A stretch of 64,000 nt of DNA from Clostridia bacterium. GTDB lineage: Bacteria; Bacillota; Clostridia; TANB77; CAG-508. The notes under the pieces are model-generated. The model did no database searches and had not been told where the DNA came from. It saw only the letters and a list, made by a program, of their open reading frames with translations. The position numbers were made by a program, and so were the translations under genes. Below, piece after piece: positions 18,679 to 27,835 of this stretch; position 1 is the first letter of the stretch, and each line of letters starts with the position of its first letter. The stretch is taken from contig JAFWIH010000018.1 in assembly GCA_017533795.1 (NCBI GenBank), positions 9,105 to 73,104 of the forward strand. Direction: 5' to 3'.

Positions 18679-19638
18679 ATGAAAAAGATTTTACCAATAG
18701 TAATAGGATTAGTTTTAAGTTTAGCAGTTATTGTGCCATATTCATATTCTGGAAATGCAAGTAAACAATTCTTTACAGTATCGAAAGAAGAGGTAAAGCC
18801 GGGAGAAACATTAGAAATGACTATAGATTTAAACAAAATTTATTTTAATAAATTTAAAGTTACTTTTTCTTCGGATATTGATTTAAAAAAAGTATATGAA
18901 AATAATGATGAAATTGAATTAGAAACAGCTGACGATGAATTGATTATAAATATAAATAAAGAAGAATCAAGTATGGAACAAATTAAATTATACTATGATG
19001 TTTCTGCAGATGAGAAAACAGATATAACATATACAATTGCTGTAAATGTTGTTAATTCAGAAAATGAAGAAGAACAACTTGTATCAACATTAAGTGTAAA
19101 AGTTGTGGAAAATGATGAAAAAAAGGAAGATGAACAAAAAGAAGAAACACAGAAAGAAAATCATAACAATCAAGAAGACAAAAATAATAATTCCCAAATG
19201 AATGAAAACAAAACAGAACGTAGTTTAAATCAGATGAAAAATGTAGAAAGTATGTTATTAAGTGAAGAGTATTCTTCAGGTTCAAAAAAAGAAAACATTT
19301 CTACAAATGAAGCAAGTTCAACAAAGAGTAATATGAGCATAAATAATACACAAGAAACTGTAACATATAATGGTTCAGATAATAACTATTTAAGTAATTT
19401 GTTAGTAGAAGGCTATACATTAAATAAAACATTTAATAAGGAAAGTACAACATATTTTATAACAGTAGAAAGTAGTGTAACAAATGTAAACATTGATGCA
19501 ACATCAGAAGAAAGTAATGCTACTGTATGTGTATCAGGTGCGAACAATTTAAAAACAGGAACAAATAAAGTTTTAATATCTGTAACATCAGAAAGCGGTG
19601 AGGTTAGAACATACAGATTATATGTAACAAAAAAATAG
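18679..19638 (+). CDS. secreted protein with C-terminal cadherin-like beta-sandwich domain
   Basis: Signal peptide, Glu/Lys/Asn-rich linker. C-terminal YLSNLLVEGYTLNKTFNKESTTYFITV...TYRLYVTKK is typical of cadherin-like beta-sandwich repeats. Confidence 0.6.
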   Translation: MKKILPIVIGLVLSLAVIVPYSYSGNASKQFFTVSKEEVKPGETLEMTIDLNKIYFNKFKVTFSSDIDLKKVYENNDEIELETADDELIININKEESSMEQIKLYYDVSADEKTDITYTIAVNVVNSENEEEQLVSTLSVKVVENDEKKEDEQKEETQKENHNNQEDKNNNSQMNENKTERSLNQMKNVESMLLSEEYSSGSKKENISTNEASSTKSNMSINNTQETVTYNGSDNNYLSNLLVEGYTLNKTFNKESTTYFITVESSVTNVNIDATSEESNATVCVSGANNLKTGTNKVLISVTSESGEVRTYRLYVTKK

Positions 19639-19655
19639 AAAGGAGGCTACTTATA

Positions 19656-20270
19656 ATGAAAAAAATAGATTACAGAGTGATAATTATTGTAATTTTGATA
19701 GCAATTTTAGTAGGAATGATATTTTTAGTAACTAGAAGTGAAAGTAGTAATAATGCACAAACACAAAAGAATAACTATGATATTACTACAGAACAGTCAG
19801 TTACAGGTAGCATAACAGGAACATCAGAAATCACAACAGGACTAGAAGAAAACTTATCATTACATGCAACATACTATTTTAAAGAAATCTATGTAGAAGA
19901 AAACCAAAAAGTAACGGCAGGAGAAAACATATTACAATATACAAATGGTGAATATTTAGTAGCTCCTTATGATTGTGTAATAATAGAAATATCTGTACCA
20001 GAAACAAATTCTCAATGTACAAATAAACATTATATAACAATTTCAAGTACAAAAGTATTGCAAGCTAAAGTAAAGGTTAGCGAAGAAAAAATAGATTCAA
20101 TTGAAATAGGAGATGAGGCAACAGTTACAATAGAAGCGGTTGAAAAGGAGTATACTGCAAATGTAACCAATATAAGCAGTACAGCATCGAATGGATATTT
20201 TACTATAACTGTAGAATTTGAAAATGATGGAAACGTTTTACTTGGTATGACAGGAAAGGTGGAGATATAA
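19656..20270 (+). CDS. short membrane-anchored paralog of the efflux adaptor at 15679..16683
   Basis: Colinear similarity to the core of 15679..16683 (YFKEIYVEENQKV..ILQYTNGEYL..VPETNSQCT..FENDGNVLLGM), but it ends before the C-terminal part. Confidence 0.6.
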   Translation: MKKIDYRVIIIVILIAILVGMIFLVTRSESSNNAQTQKNNYDITTEQSVTGSITGTSEITTGLEENLSLHATYYFKEIYVEENQKVTAGENILQYTNGEYLVAPYDCVIIEISVPETNSQCTNKHYITISSTKVLQAKVKVSEEKIDSIEIGDEATVTIEAVEKEYTANVTNISSTASNGYFTITVEFENDGNVLLGMTGKVEI

Positions 20271-20295
20271 GAATAATACGTAACTATAAAAAACT

Positions 20296-20328
20296 AGGAA
20301 GTGATTAGTTGATAATTACTTCCTTTTA
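20296..20328 (+). terminator. intrinsic terminator after the efflux operon
   Basis: 12-bp stem AGGAAGTGATTA/TAATTACTTCCT (one G-T pair) followed by TTT. Confidence 0.65.
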
Positions 20329-20346
20329 TGATATGATTACATTTGT

Positions 20347-20377
20347 CAACCAAAACGAACCCGTCCCCGTTGGTTGA
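20347..20377. repeat. 31-nt partial copy of the 17363..17480 element
   Basis: 31/31 identical to the reverse complement of 17387..17417 and 30/31 to 17426..17456. Confidence 0.85.
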
Positions 20378-20409
20378 ATTTGGTTGAATATGAAATTGGA
20401 GTGATATTA

Positions 20410-22143
20410 TTGGAGACAAAAGCGTTGTATGAAGCTACAGAACGTAAGGATGTAAAAGAAATTGTTTACTTTATGGCAAAAGAGTATAACGAAAGCACAG
20501 CATTTGTTATAAAGCACAAAAATAATGGCAAGGTAGAATACGAAAATATTTCGTATAAAGGACTGTTAGAAGATATTAATGGACTTGGAACAGAATATTT
20601 TTCTATGGGGTTAAACAATAAAAGAATTGCTGTAATTGGTAAAAATAGATATGAATGGGTGTTAGCTCATTTAACAAACTTGCTTGGTGGAATAGTATCA
20701 GTTCCACTAGATAAAGATTTACCACTAGAAGAACTAGAAAGTTCTTTAATAAGAAGCAAAGCAGACGTAATAGTTTTTGATCCAAAATTACAAGAAAAAC
20801 TAGAAATAATAAAGAAAAATGGTAAAACAAACTTAACAGAATATATATGTATGGACAAAATCAATGGATACAAAAATATACCAGACTTAGTAAAGCAAGG
20901 CAAAGAAAAAGTAGAAAGTGGAGATACAAAGTATAAAGATTACGAAATAGATGAAAATGCTATGAACATATTACTATTTACATCTGGAACAACAGCAAAA
21001 TCGAAAGCAGTAATGTTGTCACATAGGAATATTGCGTCAAATGTCTATGCACTTCAATGTGTTGAAGACATCAGACCAACAGATACAAATATTGCATTTT
21101 TACCATTCCACCATATATTTGGCTCAACTTGTATAATCTGGACCTTAGCATGTGGCTTAAAAAATGTATTTCCAGATGGATTAAGATATATCAAACAAAA
21201 CTTAAATGAATATAAAGTAACAATATTTGTAGGTGTTCCACTTTTAGTTGAAAGCATTTATAAAACAATAATGAAAGAAGTAGACAAACAAGGTAAAACA
21301 AAAATGATAAAAATTGCAACAAAGGTAAGTAACTTTTTGTTAAAGTTCCATATTGACATTAGAAGAAAAGTATTTAAACAAATACTTGATGCATTAGGTG
21401 GAGAATTGAGATTTGTAGTATCTGGAGGTGCACCTGCAGATCCAGTAATCTCAAAAGGGTTTAATGACTTTGGAATAGAAACGGTACAAGGATATGGTCT
21501 AAGTGAAACATCGCCAGTTATTGCGGGGGAAGATAGAGAACACCTTCGCCCAGGTACAGTTGGAAGGCCAATGATAAATGATGAAATAAAAATTGTAGAT
21601 AAAGATGAAAATGGTATAGGTGAAGTAATTGTAAAAGGACCAAATGTAATGCTAGGCTACTACGAAATGCCAGAAGAAACCAATAAAGTTATAAAAGATG
21701 GCTGGTTTTATACAGGTGACTTAGGCTTTTTTGATGAAGATGGATACTTAACCCTTACAGGAAGAAGCAAAGACATGATTGTTCTTAAAAATGGTAAAAA
21801 AGTATTCCCAGAAGAAATTGAAACAATTGTAAGCAGAATAGATTTAGTAAATGAATGTATGGTGTTTGGAATGCCAGATAAAAAAGACAAGCGCAGCATA
21901 AAACTATCTATTAAGGTTGTTTATGATGAAGAAACAATACATGAAAAATATGCAGACAAGAGTGAAGATGAATTATATGATATTTTATGGAATGAAATAA
22001 AAGAAGTGAATAAACTATTTCCATCATACAAGCATATACAAAAATTAATTGTATCTCATACTGAATTAATAAAAACTACAACTAAGAAAGTAAAAAGACA
22101 AGAGGAAATGAAAGTTATAAAAAAAGAATTAGATAATAAATAA
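20410..22143 (+). CDS. AMP-dependent long-chain acyl-CoA synthetase (FadD-like), paralog 2
   Basis: LFTSGTTAKSKAVMLSH, GYGLSETSP, TGDLGFFDEDGY. Close paralog of 33335..35062. TTG start at 20410 lies 8 nt after GGAG and aligns with the paralog N-terminus. Confidence 0.85.
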   Translation: METKALYEATERKDVKEIVYFMAKEYNESTAFVIKHKNNGKVEYENISYKGLLEDINGLGTEYFSMGLNNKRIAVIGKNRYEWVLAHLTNLLGGIVSVPLDKDLPLEELESSLIRSKADVIVFDPKLQEKLEIIKKNGKTNLTEYICMDKINGYKNIPDLVKQGKEKVESGDTKYKDYEIDENAMNILLFTSGTTAKSKAVMLSHRNIASNVYALQCVEDIRPTDTNIAFLPFHHIFGSTCIIWTLACGLKNVFPDGLRYIKQNLNEYKVTIFVGVPLLVESIYKTIMKEVDKQGKTKMIKIATKVSNFLLKFHIDIRRKVFKQILDALGGELRFVVSGGAPADPVISKGFNDFGIETVQGYGLSETSPVIAGEDREHLRPGTVGRPMINDEIKIVDKDENGIGEVIVKGPNVMLGYYEMPEETNKVIKDGWFYTGDLGFFDEDGYLTLTGRSKDMIVLKNGKKVFPEEIETIVSRIDLVNECMVFGMPDKKDKRSIKLSIKVVYDEETIHEKYADKSEDELYDILWNEIKEVNKLFPSYKHIQKLIVSHTELIKTTTKKVKRQEEMKVIKKELDNK

Positions 22144-22160
22144 AATGTAAAGGAAATAAT

Positions 22161-22769
22161 ATGGAAATTGAAATAAAAGACTATTTTCAATATAATGCGG
22201 CCGTTACACTAACGATGTTTTTTATATCATTTATAGCAATTATACTAAATTTTTTTACAAGAGGATGGACTAATAAACACATATTTTCAACAGAAAGAGC
22301 ATCGCTACTAAATCCTATGACATATATAAGACTTTTTACACATGTACTAGGTCACGCAGATTGGGACCATTTTGCTAGCAACTACTTAAAGATTCTTTTA
22401 TTAGGTCCACTAATAGAAGAAAAATATGGTTCAATTAACTTTTTAATAATGATTTTAATTACTGCATTTGCAACAGGAATAGTAAATTACATTAAAGGTG
22501 GCACAAGACTTTTAGGAGCAAGTGATGTAGGATTTATGCTAATTGTACTTAGTGCATTTGTAAATATGACACAAAACAAAATACCAATAACTCTAGTACT
22601 AATCATTTTATTTTATATAGTTGAAGAAGTAAGAGACCTAAGAAAAAGAGATGGAATTGCACATTACGGACATTTAATTGGTGCAATTTGTGGAGGGATC
22701 TTCGGATTTATATGTGAAAATCAACAACTAACAGATATTTTATTAAATATAAAAAATAACATATTGTAA
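22161..22769 (+). CDS. rhomboid-family intramembrane serine protease (probable)
   Basis: Six TM helices. GASDVGF (GxSxxxF-like) and HYGHLIGAICGG motifs. Confidence 0.55.
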   Translation: MEIEIKDYFQYNAAVTLTMFFISFIAIILNFFTRGWTNKHIFSTERASLLNPMTYIRLFTHVLGHADWDHFASNYLKILLLGPLIEEKYGSINFLIMILITAFATGIVNYIKGGTRLLGASDVGFMLIVLSAFVNMTQNKIPITLVLIILFYIVEEVRDLRKRDGIAHYGHLIGAICGGIFGFICENQQLTDILLNIKNNIL

Positions 22770-22822
22770 AATCAAATTAATATAATATATTTAATGGAAA
22801 CTTTTTAATTTGGAGGTAAGGC

Positions 22823-23410
22823 ATGGATAACGAAAACTTAAAAAAACATAGTAAAGTATTGTGGAAGCCCGGTACAATTGAATACCCGTTACCAGCAGTT
22901 ATGGTAACATGTGGCGATATGGAAAACTCTAACATTATTACAGTTGCTTGGACTGGGGTAATATGCTCAGACCCTGCTATGGTTTATATTTCAGTCAGAC
23001 CAACAAGACATTCATATGAAATAATAAAACAAAGCAAAGAATTTGTAATAAACTTAACAACTGAAGATTTAGCCTATAAAACCGACTGGTGTGGAGTTAA
23101 ATCCGGAAAAGATATAGATAAATTTAAAGAGATGAATTTAACTAAACAAGAAGCAGAATTTGTAAAATGCCCAATGATTGCAGAAAGTCCAATATCAATA
23201 GAATGTCAGGTTGTAGGTGAAAACAATTTAGGAAGTCACACAATGTTTATGGCAAAAGTACTTGGAGTACACGCATCAAAAGAATATATAGATGAAAAAG
23301 GTGCTTTTGATATAAGTAAATGTAACTTAATGGCATATGCAAATGGTGGATATTATGCATTAGGGGATAAGCTGGGCACATTTGGCTACTCAGTAAGAAA
23401 GAAAAAATAG
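22823..23410 (+). CDS. flavin reductase-like FMN-binding domain protein
   Basis: Split-barrel flavin reductase-like sequence (PAVMVTCG..NIITVAWTG). Confidence 0.7.
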   Translation: MDNENLKKHSKVLWKPGTIEYPLPAVMVTCGDMENSNIITVAWTGVICSDPAMVYISVRPTRHSYEIIKQSKEFVINLTTEDLAYKTDWCGVKSGKDIDKFKEMNLTKQEAEFVKCPMIAESPISIECQVVGENNLGSHTMFMAKVLGVHASKEYIDEKGAFDISKCNLMAYANGGYYALGDKLGTFGYSVRKKK

Positions 23411-23423
23411 AGGAGATAAATGT

Positions 23424-23768
23424 ATGTATTATACATATATGATAAGATGTACAGATAATTCTTTATATACTGGAATGACAAACAATTTAAATAAAAGAAT
23501 GGAAGAACATTTTGGAAGAGAAAAAGAGGGAGCAAAATATACAAAGTCTCATCAAGCTAAAATGGTAGAAGCTGTATGGCAAAGTAAAGAAAAATCTTTA
23601 GCATGTAAATTAGAATATAGAATTAAGACTCTTAATAAGTCTGAAAAAGAAAGCTTAATTAAAGGAGAGAGACTAAAAAAATATTTTACCGGAAAAATTG
23701 ATTGTAGAAGATATACAATGATTAATCTTGAAAAAGAATTAAATAATAAATATAGAAAAAAGAAGTGA
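23424..23768 (+). CDS. GIY-YIG nuclease family protein (UPF0213/YhbQ-like)
   Basis: YTYMIRCTDNSLYTGMTNNLNKRMEEH matches the GIY..YIG..R..E pattern. Confidence 0.85.
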   Translation: MYYTYMIRCTDNSLYTGMTNNLNKRMEEHFGREKEGAKYTKSHQAKMVEAVWQSKEKSLACKLEYRIKTLNKSEKESLIKGERLKKYFTGKIDCRRYTMINLEKELNNKYRKKK

Positions 23769-23814
23769 TTTTGCTTCTTTTTTCTTGCTTTTTTATAATT
23801 TATATGGTATCATA

Positions 23815-23831
23815 TTGAAAATGATTTTCAA
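23815..23831. promoter_or_regulatory. Fur-family (Zur) box
   Basis: TTGAAAAT-G-ATTTTCAA is a perfect 8-1-8 palindrome. Its core TGAAAATNATTTTCA is one change per half-site from the 7-1-7 Fur consensus TGATAATNATTATCA. It lies between the -10-like TATCAT and the zur RBS. Confidence 0.7.
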
Positions 23832-23844
23832 TAAGAGGGAGAAT

Positions 23845-24270
23845 ATGAAAAAAGAAAGAAATACGGAACAAAAAGAAATGGTTTTAAAGTATTTAAAACA
23901 GCATAGTGATAAACATATAAGTATTAATCAAATATATGATGAACTAAATGATAAAGTTGGTAAAACAACCATTTATAGAATTATTAATCATTTAATAGAA
24001 AAAGGTACAGTTACAAAGATTCCACTAGAAAATGGACAAGGCTTTTGCTACAAATATAATTCTAAAAACGAAACATGTAACAAACATTATCATTTAATTT
24101 GTGAAAAATGTAACCATTTATATCATTTTAAAAGTGAAGAAGTAGAAAAGGTAAGTATAGAAGCAGAAAAAAATGAAAACTTTGAAATTGATAATAATAG
24201 GATAGTTTTTTATGGCATTTGTAAGGAATGCAAAAATAGTATAGAAGGGGCTAGGAATGATAAACAATAA
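23845..24270 (+). CDS. zur: Fur-family metalloregulator, probably Zur
   Basis: Winged-helix N-terminus, CEKCN and CKEC cysteine pairs. Heads a zinc ABC uptake operon and is preceded by a 7-1-7 Fur-type box. Confidence 0.8.
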   Translation: MKKERNTEQKEMVLKYLKQHSDKHISINQIYDELNDKVGKTTIYRIINHLIEKGTVTKIPLENGQGFCYKYNSKNETCNKHYHLICEKCNHLYHFKSEEVEKVSIEAEKNENFEIDNNRIVFYGICKECKNSIEGARNDKQ

Positions 24271-24285
24271 AGTGGAGGATAAATA

Positions 24286-25269
24286 ATGAATTTTAAAAAA
24301 ATAATTTTAATTATAATTTTACTTGCAATAATTGTAGGAGCAGGATTTTTTATGCTTAAAGGTAGAAGCAAAAAGCAAGAAGCGAATAATGATAAGATAA
24401 AAGTTGTATCAAGTAATTTTGCAAGCTATGACTTTTTAAGAGCAATAATAGGAGATAATGATAATGTTGAATTAACATTTTTGTTAGGCCCAGGAAAAGA
24501 TGCACATAGTTATGATCCAACAGCACAAGATTTAATTACCATACAAAATGCGGACATTTTTGTATATATAGGTGGAGAAATGGAAAAATGGTCGGACAAA
24601 GTTTTAGAGGCAGTAGGAGATAAAAAAAGTAAAATAATTTGTATAGCAGATGATATTGATACAATAGAAGAAAAAGAAGTAGATGGTGCAGAAGAAGAGG
24701 AAGAGCATGAGCATGAAGAAGAACATGAGGAAGGAGCATTTGATGAGCACATTTGGACTTCACCTAAAAATGCAATAAAAATGGTAGAAGTATTAGAAAA
24801 AACAATGGAAGAAATAGATAATAATAATGCTGAAAAGTATAAGAAAAATAGTGAAAAATATATAGCTGAAATTAAAAACATAGACAAACAAATACAAAAT
24901 ATTGTAGATAATAAAAAAAGATATAGATTAGTTTTTGGCGATAAAATGCCAATGCAATATTTTATAGATTACTACAATTTAAAAGTAAGTGCAGCATTTA
25001 ATGGATGTAGTACAGAAACAGAACCATCAGCAAGTACGATAGCATACTTAGAAAAAAAAGTAAAAGAAGAAAACATACCAGTTGTTTTATATGTAGAACT
25101 TAATCCAGGCAGAGTTGCTAAAACTATAGCAACTGAAGTAGGAAATGGATGTGAAGCAATGCAAATACAGGCATTACATAATATAACTTTAGATGATTTT
25201 AAAAATGGAGAAACATGGGTAAGTCTTATGACAAGAAATTTAGAAGTATTAAAAAAAGCTTTACAGTAA
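24286..25269 (+). CDS. znuA: metal (zinc) ABC transporter substrate-binding protein
   Basis: Cluster-9 SBP architecture with a His/Glu-rich loop (EEEEEHEHEEEHEEG) and DEHIW motif. Confidence 0.85.
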   Translation: MNFKKIILIIILLAIIVGAGFFMLKGRSKKQEANNDKIKVVSSNFASYDFLRAIIGDNDNVELTFLLGPGKDAHSYDPTAQDLITIQNADIFVYIGGEMEKWSDKVLEAVGDKKSKIICIADDIDTIEEKEVDGAEEEEEHEHEEEHEEGAFDEHIWTSPKNAIKMVEVLEKTMEEIDNNNAEKYKKNSEKYIAEIKNIDKQIQNIVDNKKRYRLVFGDKMPMQYFIDYYNLKVSAAFNGCSTETEPSASTIAYLEKKVKEENIPVVLYVELNPGRVAKTIATEVGNGCEAMQIQALHNITLDDFKNGETWVSLMTRNLEVLKKALQ

Positions 25270-25287
25270 TAACAAGGAGTGAAATAA

Positions 25288-25959
25288 ATGAATCTAATCC
25301 AAATAAAAGATGTTAGTTTTAATTATCCAACTAAAAAAGATACATTAAAGCATGTAAGTTTTGATGTAAAAAAAGGAACATTTACATGTATAGTTGGAGA
25401 AAACGGTTCAGGGAAAAGTACACTTTTAAAATGCATATTAAATTTAAATAAAGGGTACACAGGGGAAATAATAAAACCAGAAAGAATAGGATATTTACCT
25501 CAAAAAAACTTTATACAATCAAACTTTCCAGCTTCAATTGAAGAGGTTGTACTTTCAGGTACAATTGGAAACAATATAAAAAGCATATTCTATAAAAAGG
25601 AAGATAAAGAAACTGCAAAAAAAGTAATGAAGGAATTAGAAATATATGATATTAGAAAAACATGCTTTGCAGATTTGTCTGGAGGGCAGCAACAAAGAGT
25701 ACTAATTGCTAGAGCACTATGTGCAACAGATGAAATAATAATATTAGACGAGCCAACAAACGGATTAGATCCAAGTATTTCAATTCAGATTTACGAATTA
25801 CTAGATGCATTAAAGAATAATGATAACATTACAATTTTGATGGTATCACATGATATAGAAAGAGCTACTACATATGCAGATGAAGTAATAGAATTAGAAG
25901 ATGGAGAAATAAAATTTATAGGAACGCCTTCAAGTTTTAAACAAGGAGGTGCAAAATAA
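25288..25959 (+). CDS. znuC: metal ABC transporter ATP-binding protein
   Basis: GENGSGKST Walker [25 protein letters not shown]. Confidence 0.9.
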   Translation: MNLIQIKDVSFNYPTKKDTLKHVSFDVKKGTFTCIVGENGSGKSTLLKCILNLNKGYTGEIIKPERIGYLPQKNFIQSNFPASIEEVVLSGTIGNNIKSIFYKKEDKETAKKVMKELEIYDIRKTCFADLSGGQQQRVLIARALCATDEIIILDEPTNGLDPSISIQIYELLDALKNNDNITILMVSHDIERATTYADEVIELEDGEIKFIGTPSSFKQGGAK

Positions 25960-26780
25960 TGGTACAAACTTTAATTGAAATGATGTCACATGCATTTATA
26001 CAGAGGGCAATGCTTGTAGGAACTTTAGTAAGCTTATGCGCAGCATTACTTGGAGTAAGTTTAGTTTTAAAAAGATATAGCATGATAGGTGATGGACTAT
26101 CACATGTCGGATTTGGAGTTTTAACTGTTGCAACAGCGCTAGGAGTAAGCTCACCATTATATATTGCAATTCCAATTGTTACAATTACAGCAATAGTGCT
26201 TTTAAGAATAGGCAATAATAGTAAAATAAAAAGTGATAGTAGTATAGCATTAATTTCAAGTTCAGCATTGGCTATAGGTGTTGCAATAACATCAGTTACA
26301 ACAGGAATGAATACAGATGTATGTAATTTTATGTTTGGAAGCATATTAGCAATGAGCAAAGGTGACGTGGTTTTAAGTGTAGTAGTTAGTATAATTGTAG
26401 CACTATTGTTTATAATTTATTACAGAAAATTATTTACTGTTACATTTGATGAGGACTTTGCAAAAGCAAGTGGATTAAAAGCAGGAAGATACACAAATTT
26501 AATAGCTGTACTTACAGCATTGGTGATAGTTGTAGGTATGAGAATGATGGGTGTTATGCTAATAAGTAGTATTATTATTTTCCCAGCTCTAACTTCTATG
26601 CTTTTGTTTAAATCTTTTAAAAAAGTGATAATAAGTTCAGGAATAATTAGTGTACTATCTTTTTTAATAGGAATATATTTGTCATATTTATATAATATAA
26701 GTACAGGAGCAACTATAGTTATAGTTAACTTAGTTATATTTATTTTATTTTTTATAATCGACAAGATAATAAATGAATAG
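25959..26780 (+). CDS. znuB: metal ABC transporter permease
   Basis: Polytopic membrane protein of ZnuB/ABC-3 type. Overlaps the znuC stop (ATGA). Confidence 0.85.
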   Translation: MVQTLIEMMSHAFIQRAMLVGTLVSLCAALLGVSLVLKRYSMIGDGLSHVGFGVLTVATALGVSSPLYIAIPIVTITAIVLLRIGNNSKIKSDSSIALISSSALAIGVAITSVTTGMNTDVCNFMFGSILAMSKGDVVLSVVVSIIVALLFIIYYRKLFTVTFDEDFAKASGLKAGRYTNLIAVLTALVIVVGMRMMGVMLISSIIIFPALTSMLLFKSFKKVIISSGIISVLSFLIGIYLSYLYNISTGATIVIVNLVIFILFFIIDKIINE

Positions 26781-26790
26781 GAGATTACAT

Positions 26791-27276
26791 ATGAATAAAA
26801 AGAAAATTTTGATGGTAATGGCTTTAATTGCTTTTATAGCACTTATAACAGTTGGTGTATTTGCCATTAGCAATAAGGCATCAGAGACTGCAGAAAAATC
26901 ACAAGATATTGAAAAAAGTAGTGATGTTTTAGAAATAACAGATAATTATTTTATTGAACAAACTAACGACATTTTTTATAATACTGATGACTATATAGAT
27001 AAAACAATAAAAATAGAAGGCTTAATATATACATATGAAGACTATCAAGCGGAAAAAACATACTATGCTGTTGTAAGAAATACACCAGGCTGTTGTGGAA
27101 ATGATGGCTTAGCAGGTTTAGATATAAGATATGATGGAGAATACCCAGAAGAAGATACTTGGGTAGAAGTTATAGGAACAATAAAAACAGATGTAGTTTC
27201 AGGAGAAGAAATACCAGCAATACAAGTAACTTCAATTCAAGAAAAAGAGGAAGGCACAACATTTGTAACAAATTAA
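26791..27276 (+). CDS. membrane-anchored protein with a CCxxD motif (DUF1980 C-terminal-domain-like), last gene of the zinc operon
   Basis: One TM helix, then YYAVVRNTPGCCGNDGLAGLDIRY...TWVEVIGTI. ATG at 26791 lies 7 nt after AGGAG. Confidence 0.55.
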   Translation: MNKKKILMVMALIAFIALITVGVFAISNKASETAEKSQDIEKSSDVLEITDNYFIEQTNDIFYNTDDYIDKTIKIEGLIYTYEDYQAEKTYYAVVRNTPGCCGNDGLAGLDIRYDGEYPEEDTWVEVIGTIKTDVVSGEEIPAIQVTSIQEKEEGTTFVTN

Positions 27277-27284
27277 AAAAGATA

Positions 27285-27317
27285 AAGCAAGTAATTTATT
27301 GAAAATTACTTGCTTTT
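27285..27317 (+). terminator. intrinsic terminator after the zinc operon
   Basis: AAGCAAGTAATTT / AAATTACTTGCTT stem followed by TT. Confidence 0.7.
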
Positions 27318-27359
27318 ATGATATTATATATTGCGTAAAAAACGGAAAAGAGGCATAAA

Positions 27360-27785
27360 ATGAGTTATACATATGAAAGAAAAATAAATTATTATGAAAC
27401 AGATAGAATGGGAGTTGTACATCATTCAAATTATATAAGGTTTTTAGAAGAAGCAAGAAGTAGATGGATGGAAGAATTAAATATATCAATGGAATGGCTA
27501 GAAAAAGAAGGATATACAATACCAACAATAGAGGTTGATTGTAAATACAAATACCATGTAACAAGTGGCGATACAATTACAATAGAACCAAGGGTAACAG
27601 AGTTTAATGGTGTTAGAATGAAAGTAGAATATAAAGTAATAGACTTAAAGACAGGGAACAAGGTAATAGATGCCTGGACAAAACATTGCTTTACAGATAA
27701 TTGTTTAAAACCAGTAAACATGAAAAAGAAGAACGAGAAGATATATAAAATTTTTGAAAAGCTAAGAGAAGAATCAGAACATTAG
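27360..27785 (+). CDS. acyl-CoA thioesterase (4HBT/YbgC hot-dog fold)
   Basis: YYETDRMGVVHHSNYIRFLEEAR is the typical YbgC-like active-site region. Confidence 0.85.
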   Translation: MSYTYERKINYYETDRMGVVHHSNYIRFLEEARSRWMEELNISMEWLEKEGYTIPTIEVDCKYKYHVTSGDTITIEPRVTEFNGVRMKVEYKVIDLKTGNKVIDAWTKHCFTDNCLKPVNMKKKNEKIYKIFEKLREESEH

Positions 27786-27835
27786 AATTTACCTAGATTT
27801 ATAATTGCAAAATAATAATAGAAAGTGGTGCGAAG

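Noticed and set aside
20374-20409. TTG start at 20374 for acyl-CoA ligase paralog 2.
   Set aside because: The extension lies inside the palindromic-element fragment and has no counterpart in paralog 3. TTG 20410, with GGAG 8 nt upstream, aligns with the paralog N-terminus.
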